Below are positions 6,879 through 14,889 of a stretch of DNA of 24,000 nt, piece by piece. The translations under genes were made by a program, and so were the position numbers. The stretch is from an uncultured Methanosarcinales archaeon (lineage in GTDB: Archaea; Nanobdellota; Nanobdellia; Woesearchaeales; UBA12501). Under the pieces are notes generated by a model. It searched no databases. It was given only the letters and a program-made list of their open reading frames with translations, and had not been told where the DNA came from. The DNA is taken from assembly GCA_964343705.1 (NCBI GenBank), contig CAYFJX010000006.1, positions 90,927 through 114,926 on the forward strand, in the 5' to 3' direction. Numbering within the stretch: position 1 is the first letter of the stretch; every line of letters begins with the position of its first letter.

Positions 6879-7613
6879 CTATTCCTTCCATCCCTCAATA
6901 ATCTTTCTAAAGTCAACAGGATTTAGCTTGCCTAAATCAATATCTTTATTCAAACTCCAGTATCCTTCCATGGTGTGATCTCCAAAGCGTCCTACACTTT
7001 TCATGCCATGATCTGCGATAATAAGGACGGTATCAACTTCTGGACGTGAACGTACATCTTCTGCAATTTCATCTAGTTCTTTGTAGACAATCTTCATCTT
7101 GATTTCCTTGCCAAAGCTCAAGTGTGCAATGGTATCTGGCAGGGCAAAGTAGCCAAAGATAAGTTCTGGATGATCTTTGCCATTTCTTTTATTCTCACAC
7201 GCCTCATCAAGATGTCTAAAAAAATCTTCTTTAACTTCTCTGTGATGCCGAAAACACTCTTTGTCATACTCTTCAATGGTGATTTGCTGTTGCATTGCTT
7301 GTGCCATTTGCTTCCTGTTAAGATCATGTGGTTCATCTTGGTAATTAAACCCTGGAACATCAATGGCAACATGCTTAAAATTGCTCAAAAATGTTTGTTC
7401 AACTGGCACTTGAAATCGCCACAGGCTTTCAGCTGCAAGAGCGTCTTTTTCAGTATTTTCTCCTTTTAAGAATGATGACCAAATACAAATTGTTCGTGGT
7501 TCAGAAAAGCCATCAAGATTGGTTATACCATACTTTTCTTGCATTAAGTTTTTGAAGCCAAACTTTTCAACATAGGTGATTTCAAGTCCGTCATAGCCAA
7601 GAATGATAATCAT
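6879..7613 (-). CDS. Alkaline-phosphatase-superfamily enzyme (type I phosphodiesterase / nucleotide pyrophosphatase-like core)
   Basis: The N-terminal IIILGYDG looks like a metal-site Asp region. SEPRT is a candidate Thr nucleophile. LIIADHGM near the C-terminus resembles the DHG metal motif typical of this fold. The start overlaps the cysN stop as ATGA (7610-7613). Confidence 0.6.
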   Translation of the reverse strand: MIIILGYDGLEITYVEKFGFKNLMQEKYGITNLDGFSEPRTICIWSSFLKGENTEKDALAAESLWRFQVPVEQTFLSNFKHVAIDVPGFNYQDEPHDLNRKQMAQAMQQQITIEEYDKECFRHHREVKEDFFRHLDEACENKRNGKDHPELIFGYFALPDTIAHLSFGKEIKMKIVYKELDEIAEDVRSRPEVDTVLIIADHGMKSVGRFGDHTMEGYWSLNKDIDLGKLNPVDFRKIIEGWKE

Positions 7614-8836
7614 ACTATAATTCCACCTGCTGTTACATCATTTCCTCGGACCAGAACAAACCGTCCTAGTTCTTCAATAGCATTGAAGTTTTCAACAACA
7701 ATTGGCTCGTCAGTTTTAATAACAACTTCACCAACCTCTGTGTCTTGTAGCTGTGAAGCGTTTTCTTCCAATACTGTTAGATCTGATGAGTTAATTCGCT
7801 TTGAAATTCGCTCAATACGACAACCAACTTCCTGGGTCGCGCATTTCAGTGTTAATTTCTCATTAGCATCAAATGCTTGTTTGTCCATCCAGAACACTCG
7901 TGCATTAATTGTGTTGGTTACCGTTGGTGTTTCCTTTGTTACAACCTCTCCACGTTCAATAAAAAGTGGGTCATCAATAGTGATGCCTACGCTTTCACCT
8001 GCAGTGGCATTGGTTGGCTTTGCCAGGAATTTTTCTACACTTTTGATCTTTGATGTTTTTCCTGAAGGTGAAAATACCACATTATCTCCGACAGTTACAC
8101 TCCCTGATTCAACACGTCCAACAAGTATTCGCTTGTCATCAATCTTGTACACATCCTGTACAGGGAATCGTAATGGCTTGTTTTCCTGGGCCTTTTTGTT
8201 TTCAAATAAATCAAGTGCTTCAAGAATAGTGGGTCCAGTGTACCAATCCATTTTCTCTGCTTTCTTGGCAACATTATCCCCTTCTTTTGCAGAAATAGGA
8301 ATGATTTGCTTTGGTGTAATACCTACTGTTCCTAGGAACGCAGTAATATCATTTTTTACTGTTTCAAACCGTGCAGCGTCATAGTCAACAGCATCCATCT
8401 TATTGATAACAACCATTACTTGTTTGAGTCCAAGCATACCTAGGATGTACGCGTGCCGTTTTGTTTGTTCTTCAACACCTTCTTTTGCAGATACAATGAG
8501 TACACCGGTGTCAGCCTGGCTTGCTCCAGTAATCATGTTTTTCAAAAACTCCTTGTGTCCAGGAGCGTCAATAATAATGTAATTCCTTTTGTCAGTGGAA
8601 AACCAACTTTGCGTGGTGTCAATGGTAACATTTTGCTCTCGTTCTTCAGCAAGACTATCGAGAACATAGGCAAATTCAATATCTTTCCCCAGCATTTCAC
8701 ATGTTTTCTTAACTTCTTCAATAACACCTTCAGGAAGGCTATCTGTATCATAAAAAAGTCTGCCAATAAGTGTGCTTTTTCCATGGTCAACATGACCAAC
8801 AATAACAATCCGCATGAAGTTTTGTCGAATGTCCAT
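7610..8836 (-). CDS. cysN: Sulfate adenylyltransferase subunit 1 (GTPase, CysN type) without a fused APS kinase domain
   Basis: The GTPase motifs are present: G1 GHVDHGKST, G3 DAPGH and G4 NKMD. The CysN-like block EEQTKRHAYILGMLGLKQVMVVINKMDAVDYD is also present. The 408-aa length leaves no room for a CysC domain. Confidence 0.85.
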   Translation of the reverse strand: MDIRQNFMRIVIVGHVDHGKSTLIGRLFYDTDSLPEGVIEEVKKTCEMLGKDIEFAYVLDSLAEEREQNVTIDTTQSWFSTDKRNYIIIDAPGHKEFLKNMITGASQADTGVLIVSAKEGVEEQTKRHAYILGMLGLKQVMVVINKMDAVDYDAARFETVKNDITAFLGTVGITPKQIIPISAKEGDNVAKKAEKMDWYTGPTILEALDLFENKKAQENKPLRFPVQDVYKIDDKRILVGRVESGSVTVGDNVVFSPSGKTSKIKSVEKFLAKPTNATAGESVGITIDDPLFIERGEVVTKETPTVTNTINARVFWMDKQAFDANEKLTLKCATQEVGCRIERISKRINSSDLTVLEENASQLQDTEVGEVVIKTDEPIVVENFNAIEELGRFVLVRGNDVTAGGIIV

Positions 8837-8838
8837 CT

Positions 8839-9228
8839 TTATTGCCTCTCTAATTCGGCTCCTCCACCTTTATCCAATAGGCTAAACCATAATTTTATTC
8901 TCTTTACTTTTTTAAACCAACCGAAATATTTTTCATCCCAGGTTGGTTCTTCTGCTTTTCTTTGTAAATGATGGATCACATCATTTACAAATCTTTCAGT
9001 TTCCTCACCCATTGCTTGCCAATTCCCTCTGACAGTCCATTTCCCTTTTATCATGTTCAACCATCTTCTTTTTAGTCCTTTGGAGAAATCAGCTAGATCT
9101 TCTTTACAATAAATCTCAAGCTTTCCATGGGCCTTACTGAGTTGATTGTATTCCATGGCAAATGGATTGTGCGGGTTCTTTCTTCTTAACTCTCTTTTTA
9201 ATAAGTTCTCATATTTTTTTGCTTTCAT
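8839..9228 (-). CDS. Hypothetical Trp- and Lys-rich 129-aa protein, part of the AT-rich insert between cysD and cysN
   Basis: The ORF is intact but I recognise no motifs. Its stop lies 2 nt before the cysN ATG. Confidence 0.5.
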   Translation of the reverse strand: MKAKKYENLLKRELRRKNPHNPFAMEYNQLSKAHGKLEIYCKEDLADFSKGLKRRWLNMIKGKWTVRGNWQAMGEETERFVNDVIHHLQRKAEEPTWDEKYFGWFKKVKRIKLWFSLLDKGGGAELERQ

Positions 9229-9230
9229 TT

Positions 9231-10160
9231 TTATTTTACCTTATTTCCTGGATTTCTATGTGGGATAATTGATTCCACTTTCTTAAAGAAAATATCTGCA
9301 TGTTTTGCTCTAATCCATATCTTATCTTTATGAATGTTGTTACTTATATTCAAAGCATCAAGAAGACCGCTTACAAATTTCTTTTGTTCTGCATTATGGC
9401 TGCAGATTTGTGGGCAACCACAAGGATGCAAAGCTCCATCTGAGTCATAAAGACCTTTAAGATATTCCCATGCAACCTGTTTCTTAAGAAGCCACCTCTT
9501 CTTCTTTTGTGATGATAAAGATAGGTACCACTGAATAAATTTTTTTGAAGAACCCCATACAAACCAATGACTTTTATTGTCTTTTTTAGCAAATTTCATA
9601 TTTGAGTTAAAGCCAACCTTTCTCAATTTATCTTTAAATTTTTCAGCAAATTCCTTTGTTTTTGTCTCTAAACCAAGAGTGTATGTCTTGTTAGTGTAAC
9701 CATCCCCATCTAATACACCTAAGATATAGGCTAGTTCTTTACTTTTCTCAAAGTCTATTTTAATCAAGTTTTTCTTAGCTAAACACCTTAATCTATCTTT
9801 AATCTCTTTACTTGTATTATAATCTTTCTTTTTCCTTGCTAATTTCAACTTCATAGCTTTGAGTTTAATGGCGCTCCAAGTTCTATGGGGAAGTACACTC
9901 AAGAGTTCTTCCTTTGAAATGTTCAAGTAAGCCTTTTTTAGTATTTCTTCTTCTCTTGCATCCCATTTATTACTATTTCTACTTGCAATTCCATATCTAG
10001 TCATTAATTCAGATATGCCTGGCTGAGTCCAGCCAAAATGTTGAGCAATTTCTCTTTGAAGCATTCCACTTTTGTACAATTTCAGTACCTCATTCTTACC
10101 TGGTCTTTTTTTGCGATTTCTTGCCTTTCGCTCGTAAGGTTTTTGTAAATTTCGTTCCAT
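9231..10160 (-). CDS. Free-standing double-motif LAGLIDADG homing-endonuclease-like protein with N-terminal HTH and Myb/SANT-like segments
   Basis: There are two LAGLIDADG motifs, LAYILGVLDGDGY and YLKGLYDSDGAL. The N-terminal HTH reads GMLQREIAQHFGWTQPGISELMTRYG. The coding sequence is very AT-rich compared with the flanking cys genes. Confidence 0.8.
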   Translation of the reverse strand: MERNLQKPYERKARNRKKRPGKNEVLKLYKSGMLQREIAQHFGWTQPGISELMTRYGIASRNSNKWDAREEEILKKAYLNISKEELLSVLPHRTWSAIKLKAMKLKLARKKKDYNTSKEIKDRLRCLAKKNLIKIDFEKSKELAYILGVLDGDGYTNKTYTLGLETKTKEFAEKFKDKLRKVGFNSNMKFAKKDNKSHWFVWGSSKKFIQWYLSLSSQKKKRWLLKKQVAWEYLKGLYDSDGALHPCGCPQICSHNAEQKKFVSGLLDALNISNNIHKDKIWIRAKHADIFFKKVESIIPHRNPGNKVK

Positions 10161-10165
10161 AATCT

Positions 10166-11014
10166 TTAAAATATGCTTGAAGATATAAAATTTGTGATTA
10201 TTAGGGGGATAATCATGTAGCCCAAAGCCCTTAGCTTTTGCATTGTGTAGGCCCGCTCCTTGTCTTGTGCTCGACCTGCACGCTCAGCACTTTTTGTGTT
10301 TTTCAATTCTTCAACAATTTGTGGTACTGTTGCAGCGTTTGAATCAATAGGTTTGGTGATTGGCATGCATCCTAAACTTCGGTACCGCTTGCCATCTTTT
10401 GCAAAGTACAATTCATTGCAAGGAATTCCTTCTCTCTGTGTGTACAGCCAAATGTCAAGTTCAGTCCAGTGAAGTAATGGGTGAATTCTCATGTGGTTTC
10501 CTGCGTCTTTTCGATTCTTGAATTGATCCCACAATTCTGCTGGCTGGTTTTTGTAATCCCACTTGAATTCCTCGTTTCGTGGGGAAAAATATCTTTCCTT
10601 TGCACGAATGCCGTGCTCATCTCGTCGAATGCCAACAAATAATCCTTCAAACTGGTGTTTGACAATTGCTTTTTTGAGTGCCTGGGTTTTAAGTTGGTCG
10701 CAGCAGGTAAATGCGTCGTGGGTGGAGTAACCTACACCGCGGGCAAGTGCTTCTTCATTTTTTTCTACAAGTAGTCGAAGCCCCCATTGTTGTGCCCAGT
10801 GATCACGAAATTTGTACATCTCAGGAAACTTAAATGTGGTATCCAGGTGCATGACTGGAAAGGGTAGTTTGCCAAAGAAAGCTTTTCTACACAACCATAA
10901 GAGGGTGGTTGAGTCTTTTCCAATGCTCCACAGTAAGGCGAGATTTTTGTATTGTTTGAATGCTTCTCTAATAATATAGATGCTTTTGCTTTCCAGTTCG
11001 TCAAGATGGTCCAT
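10166..11014 (-). CDS. cysD: Sulfate adenylyltransferase subunit 2 (PP-loop ATP pyrophosphatase, CysD type) with an atypical 15-aa C-terminal extension
   Basis: The PP-loop reads SIGKDSTTLLWL and the N-terminus reads MDHLDELESKSIYIIREA. I prefer the ATG at 11014; the track start at 11023 is a GTG. The conserved tail ERAGRAQDKERAYTMQKLRALGYM is followed by IIPLIITNFISSSIF. Confidence 0.9.
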   Translation of the reverse strand: MDHLDELESKSIYIIREAFKQYKNLALLWSIGKDSTTLLWLCRKAFFGKLPFPVMHLDTTFKFPEMYKFRDHWAQQWGLRLLVEKNEEALARGVGYSTHDAFTCCDQLKTQALKKAIVKHQFEGLFVGIRRDEHGIRAKERYFSPRNEEFKWDYKNQPAELWDQFKNRKDAGNHMRIHPLLHWTELDIWLYTQREGIPCNELYFAKDGKRYRSLGCMPITKPIDSNAATVPQIVEELKNTKSAERAGRAQDKERAYTMQKLRALGYMIIPLIITNFISSSIF

Positions 11015-11023
11015 ATTGTTCAC

Positions 11024-11281
11024 CTAGTTAATATACCCCAGAGCTTTGAGTCGTTCTTTGACTTTTTCTTCATCTTCTTTTGAAAATGCTTCTTTTTCTG
11101 CTGGTTGCTCAGGAGCTTCCTTTTTCTCAATGTTAGAAACAAGTTGTCGTAGTACGTACGTGACGTAACTGCTCACTGAATTAAAGCCAGTGCCTTCACA
11201 CCGTTTTTTGATTTTTTCTGCCAATGGTTTTGGCAGTGATATAGTACTATAGCCGCTTTTGTTGTCTTTTTCCTCTGTCAT
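11024..11281 (-). CDS. Ribbon-helix-helix (CopG/Arc-like) DNA-binding protein, first gene of the cysD operon
   Basis: The RHH pattern is YSTISLPKPLAEKIKKRCEGTGFNSVSSYVTYVLRQL, followed by an acidic linker and the tail RLKALGYIN. ATATAATTAAAC lies about 30 nt upstream. The TAG stop abuts the cysD start region. Confidence 0.75.
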   Translation of the reverse strand: MTEEKDNKSGYSTISLPKPLAEKIKKRCEGTGFNSVSSYVTYVLRQLVSNIEKKEAPEQPAEKEAFSKEDEEKVKERLKALGYIN

Positions 11282-11364
11282 GTCTACACACCTAATTAAG
11301 TTTAATTATATCTCATTGAGAATTATTATCGGATTTATAAAGATTGTGCGTTTCTAGAATACAA

Positions 11365-12384
11365 CTACTTTTGTTCAGGATGTTCTTTGTACCATTCCCA
11401 CATTTTTTGCAGGCCTTCTTGTAGTGGTACTTCAGCAACAAAACCAGTCAATGCTTTAATTTTAGAAACATCAGGACACCTGCGTTTTACACTTCCTTCA
11501 GGAGCATTATGCACTTCAACCTTTTCTGGCTTCCAATTAAACTGTTCAAACATGCGCTCAGCAAGATCCACCATGCTAATCTCACCCTGGTCAGTTCCAA
11601 GATGGAGGATTTCACCAGTTGTCTTGTCAGAATCCATAACCATTTGCGTAGCGCGCACAGCGTCAGTAATATAACAGAACGTCCGAGTATTATCCCCTCC
11701 ATAAATGTTGAAAGGATCCTCTTTTTTCATCATCCGCACCATAAACTCAGGCATGACATGATCATAACCCATACGCGGTCCGTACACATTAGCATACCGA
11801 ACAATGGTCATAGGTACACCAAGCTTTTTCCAGTAGGCAATGCAAAACAGTTCACCAAGAATTTTACTTCCAGCATACGACCAGCGTAAGTTGAAAGGGT
11901 CAGCAACACACAAAGGTGTGTTTTCTGGTGTTGGAATAGGAACATCAGTCACTGATGAGGTTGACGCAAAGGTTTCAGTGGTTGATGAAAAAAGTAATTT
12001 TTTGTTTTTGTAATCAGGTAAGGTCACAAACCAATCAAGAATATTCATAACAGTCAAGATATCAGCCTTGAGTACTTTAGTGGGGATTTCATAAAAATGC
12101 CTAGTGCCATTAATCGCAGCAAGGTGGTACACTTGATCATAATCAGTGCCAAGCCCTGCAAGCTCGTCTTTGTTCATCAAATCAATTTTCTTAAATTGTA
12201 CACCTGCATTAATGAGGTCCTGCAAAGCTTGATCAAGTTTTCCTCTAAACAGATTATCACAAATGGTAACATTGTTTCCTTTTTCATGGAGGTCTTTTGC
12301 AAGGTGGTAGCCGATAAAACCAGCTCCGCCGGTTATCAGAATTTTTTTAGTCAAAGCCAATGCCTCCATGGTCAATGCCTTCAA
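11365..12384 (-). CDS. NAD-dependent nucleotide-sugar epimerase/dehydratase (extended SDR)
   Basis: The Rossmann motif ILITGGAGFIGYHL and the catalytic YAGSK (YxxxK) are present. The gene overlaps the end of the upstream dehydrogenase, so the true start may be the Met at 12369. Confidence 0.9.
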   Translation of the reverse strand: MKALTMEALALTKKILITGGAGFIGYHLAKDLHEKGNNVTICDNLFRGKLDQALQDLINAGVQFKKIDLMNKDELAGLGTDYDQVYHLAAINGTRHFYEIPTKVLKADILTVMNILDWFVTLPDYKNKKLLFSSTTETFASTSSVTDVPIPTPENTPLCVADPFNLRWSYAGSKILGELFCIAYWKKLGVPMTIVRYANVYGPRMGYDHVMPEFMVRMMKKEDPFNIYGGDNTRTFCYITDAVRATQMVMDSDKTTGEILHLGTDQGEISMVDLAERMFEQFNWKPEKVEVHNAPEGSVKRRCPDVSKIKALTGFVAEVPLQEGLQKMWEWYKEHPEQK

Positions 12385-13645
12385 TATTCTTCAAGTGCTT
12401 TCTATTAAATATTTGCCAGCAGTCAAGAACAACAGCGGGTTTATTCATGCGCTGTACAAGATTTTCAATATCAATTCGTTCATAACTCCGATGGTTATTT
12501 GCAATGATTACACAGTCTGCTCCTGCAAATCCTTCTTCAATGCTCGTCGGCATAACCTGCAATTCACGCAGTTGATCCTCTGTCACAATGAAATCATGGC
12601 CGTAAATAGTAGTGACACCATGCTTTCGTAATGCGTCAAGCAATAGTAATGTGGGTGAGTCTCGTGTGTCATCTGTTTCAGGACGACCCTTAAATGCAAA
12701 ACCAGAGACAAATACTTTTGCAGTTGCAATGTTCTTACCTTTTGCAGTAAGTTTTTCTGCTGCTTTTTCAACAATGTGCGCAGGCAGTGACTCATTCAAG
12801 CGCCTACCACCCATAATAAGTTCAGGAACATGGTTCTTCTGCTTACACACAGACAGTAAAATGTATGGATCTTTGCTTAAGCACGCGCCACCAACAAATC
12901 CAGGAATAGGAACATTAGATCGTTCATACCCAAAGTTTGCAGCCTTAGCAATCTCAACAGAGTCAAGTTTTAGTTTTTCACAAATAAGCCCCATTTCATT
13001 TGCATACGCAAAGAGAACATCACGGTATGTGTTGTTTACAATTTTAATCATTTCAGCAGCTTCCAGGCTTGACACTTCCATGATGGTTGGTGTTATTTTT
13101 CTAAAAAAGTTTGAAGCCTTAGAAACACTTTCATCATTCAAGCCGCCAACAATCTGGGGTAGTTCTTTTAATTCAATAAGTGCTTTTCCTTCAATGGTTC
13201 GTTCAGGACAAAATGCAAGATGGTACTTTTTACCAGACTGGTCCAGAATTGGTTTCACTACATTGCGTGTTACACCAACTGGTACAGTGCTTCGCAGAAT
13301 AACCAGGCTGTCATCTGACAATGCGTTTTTTACACTTTCAGAAGATGAGTTAATAAATTTCATAAGTGGCTCTCGAGTGTCATTATCCACTGGAGTTCCA
13401 ACTGAGATAATAAAGACATCTTGTTTTTCAGCAGGCATGTTAGTGGTAATGTGCAAGTTCTTGCCAATGTGCTTTTTCATCATGCGATCAAGACCAACCT
13501 CATGAAAGTGGGGCTTGCACGCATTGAGCTTATCAACCACTTCTTGCCTGATTTCAACGCCAGTCACGTGATAGTCAGCTTCAGCAAGCACTACAGCAAG
13601 GGTTAATCCTACATACCCCATTCCAATAATACAAACATTCTTCAT
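12347..13645 (-). CDS. Nucleotide-sugar 6-dehydrogenase (UDP-glucose/GDP-mannose dehydrogenase family)
   Basis: The N-terminal Rossmann motif reads VCIIGMGYVGLTLAVVLA. Also present are FCPERTIEGKA and the catalytic Cys motif GGACLSKDP. A TATA-like TTTTTAAA lies about 27 nt upstream, so the mRNA is probably leaderless. Confidence 0.9.
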   Translation of the reverse strand: MKNVCIIGMGYVGLTLAVVLAEADYHVTGVEIRQEVVDKLNACKPHFHEVGLDRMMKKHIGKNLHITTNMPAEKQDVFIISVGTPVDNDTREPLMKFINSSSESVKNALSDDSLVILRSTVPVGVTRNVVKPILDQSGKKYHLAFCPERTIEGKALIELKELPQIVGGLNDESVSKASNFFRKITPTIMEVSSLEAAEMIKIVNNTYRDVLFAYANEMGLICEKLKLDSVEIAKAANFGYERSNVPIPGFVGGACLSKDPYILLSVCKQKNHVPELIMGGRRLNESLPAHIVEKAAEKLTAKGKNIATAKVFVSGFAFKGRPETDDTRDSPTLLLLDALRKHGVTTIYGHDFIVTEDQLRELQVMPTSIEEGFAGADCVIIANNHRSYERIDIENLVQRMNKPAVVLDCWQIFNRKHLKNIEGIDHGGIGFD

Positions 13646-13755
13646 ACAGGCCTGACTTTCCCTCTGCTTTAAAAAGTTTATTGCAACGTATGCTACAAGC
13701 CTTTTAAACTCGTATTAACACTAATTTTTTAAAGAAACCAGCTTCTCTCAAGCCC

Positions 13756-14889
13756 ATGAAACGCTTAAACGTTGTGGTTCCAACACCAACCTTTTTTCCG
13801 GTTCGTGGTGGCGCAGAACAGGTTATTTACGAGCTTTGCATGCGTATGTCTAAAAAGCACAAGATGGTAATTGTTACACCACGTATCAAAGGAGCACCTA
13901 AGCAAGAAATGATGGGAGATGTGAAAATATACCGTTTCCCCACTATACGGCTTCCACTGCTCAACATGATCAGTGCCAACATAATGACGTTGTTCTACTT
14001 GCCGTGGGTTATGAAAAAAGAAAAAATAGACCTTATCCACCAATATCACATTTACCAAATGGGAGCTGCAGTGGCAATGGTCAAGAAGTTTATGAAAAAA
14101 CCATTGATCACCTACCTTATTGGATGGGACACCTACGATCCGATTCGTCCAGTTCCAAAAGTTTTCTGGCCAATGCTTCGCTTTGTCTACCGAAACTCAA
14201 ACAAAGTAATCACCAGCTGTCAAAGTATGCTGCGCGCAATAAAAAAGCACGGCTGTAAAAAAGATGTTGCCCTGATTCCCCACGGCAGCTTTATGTATGA
14301 AGTTGATGAAAAGCCAGATGTAAAAATTCGAGAACGATATAACATTCCTAAAGATAAAAAAATTGTTTTTTCACTACAACGACTCTTTCCCCGAAAAGGA
14401 TTGCAGTACCTGGTTAAAGCAATGCCTATTATACTTGCAAAACACAAGAATGTACAGTTCATTATTGGTGGCAAAGGCCCTGAGCGGCCAAAGCTTGAAA
14501 AACTTGCAGAAGAACTCGGTGTGAAAGACAACCTTATCTTTGCAGGCTTTATTCCTGACGATGAACTAAAGAATTATTATGCACAGTCAGACTTGTACGC
14601 ACTTCCCAGCTTGTACGAAGGCTTTGGTGTGGTGTACGTGGACAGTTTATGTGCCAAGACACCTATTGTAACCACTAAGTGTGGTGGTCCTGAAGATATT
14701 GTCACACCAGAAACTGGCATTCTTGTTGAGCCAGGTGACGAGCACGTGTTTGCAGATGCTATTATTACAGCCTTGGGAAAAGAGTGGGATCCTGAAAAAA
14801 TACTTGCACGCTCGCGAAAGTACGAATGGCGCACTGTTATTCAACAGTACAGTGATGCGTACGATGAAACAATGCAATCATTATCATGA
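13756..14889 (+). CDS. GT4-family (GT-B) glycosyltransferase
   Basis: The protein has the N-terminal VPTPTFFPVRGGAEQ and the EX7E-type region PSLYEGFGVVYVDSLCAKTPIV. It is divergent from the dehydrogenase gene. Confidence 0.9.
   Translation: MKRLNVVVPTPTFFPVRGGAEQVIYELCMRMSKKHKMVIVTPRIKGAPKQEMMGDVKIYRFPTIRLPLLNMISANIMTLFYLPWVMKKEKIDLIHQYHIYQMGAAVAMVKKFMKKPLITYLIGWDTYDPIRPVPKVFWPMLRFVYRNSNKVITSCQSMLRAIKKHGCKKDVALIPHGSFMYEVDEKPDVKIRERYNIPKDKKIVFSLQRLFPRKGLQYLVKAMPIILAKHKNVQFIIGGKGPERPKLEKLAEELGVKDNLIFAGFIPDDELKNYYAQSDLYALPSLYEGFGVVYVDSLCAKTPIVTTKCGGPEDIVTPETGILVEPGDEHVFADAIITALGKEWDPEKILARSRKYEWRTVIQQYSDAYDETMQSLS

Larger units (their letters stand above)
8837..10213 (-). mobile_element. Putative homing-endonuclease insertion island separating cysD from cysN
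   Basis: The element is an AT-rich block of about 1.4 kb carrying the LAGLIDADG gene and one unknown gene. Its right edge is inferred at the end of the conserved CysD terminus (the GYM codons end at 10214). Its left edge is inferred at the cysN start. Confidence 0.45.

Noticed and set aside
7683-8384. 233-aa plus-strand ORF opposite cysN
   Set aside because: It is antisense to a well-supported GTPase gene. Its translation is Ser/Thr/Phe-rich and low in complexity, with no motifs. This is a typical shadow ORF.
8453-8971. 172-aa plus-strand ORF spanning the cysN start and the 129-aa gene
   Set aside because: It lies opposite two minus-strand genes and crosses their boundary. Its composition is implausible and I see no promoter or SD.
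12612-13505. 297-aa plus-strand ORF opposite the nucleotide-sugar dehydrogenase
   Set aside because: It is an antisense shadow of a strongly supported gene. The sequence is Ser-rich and low in complexity, with no start context.
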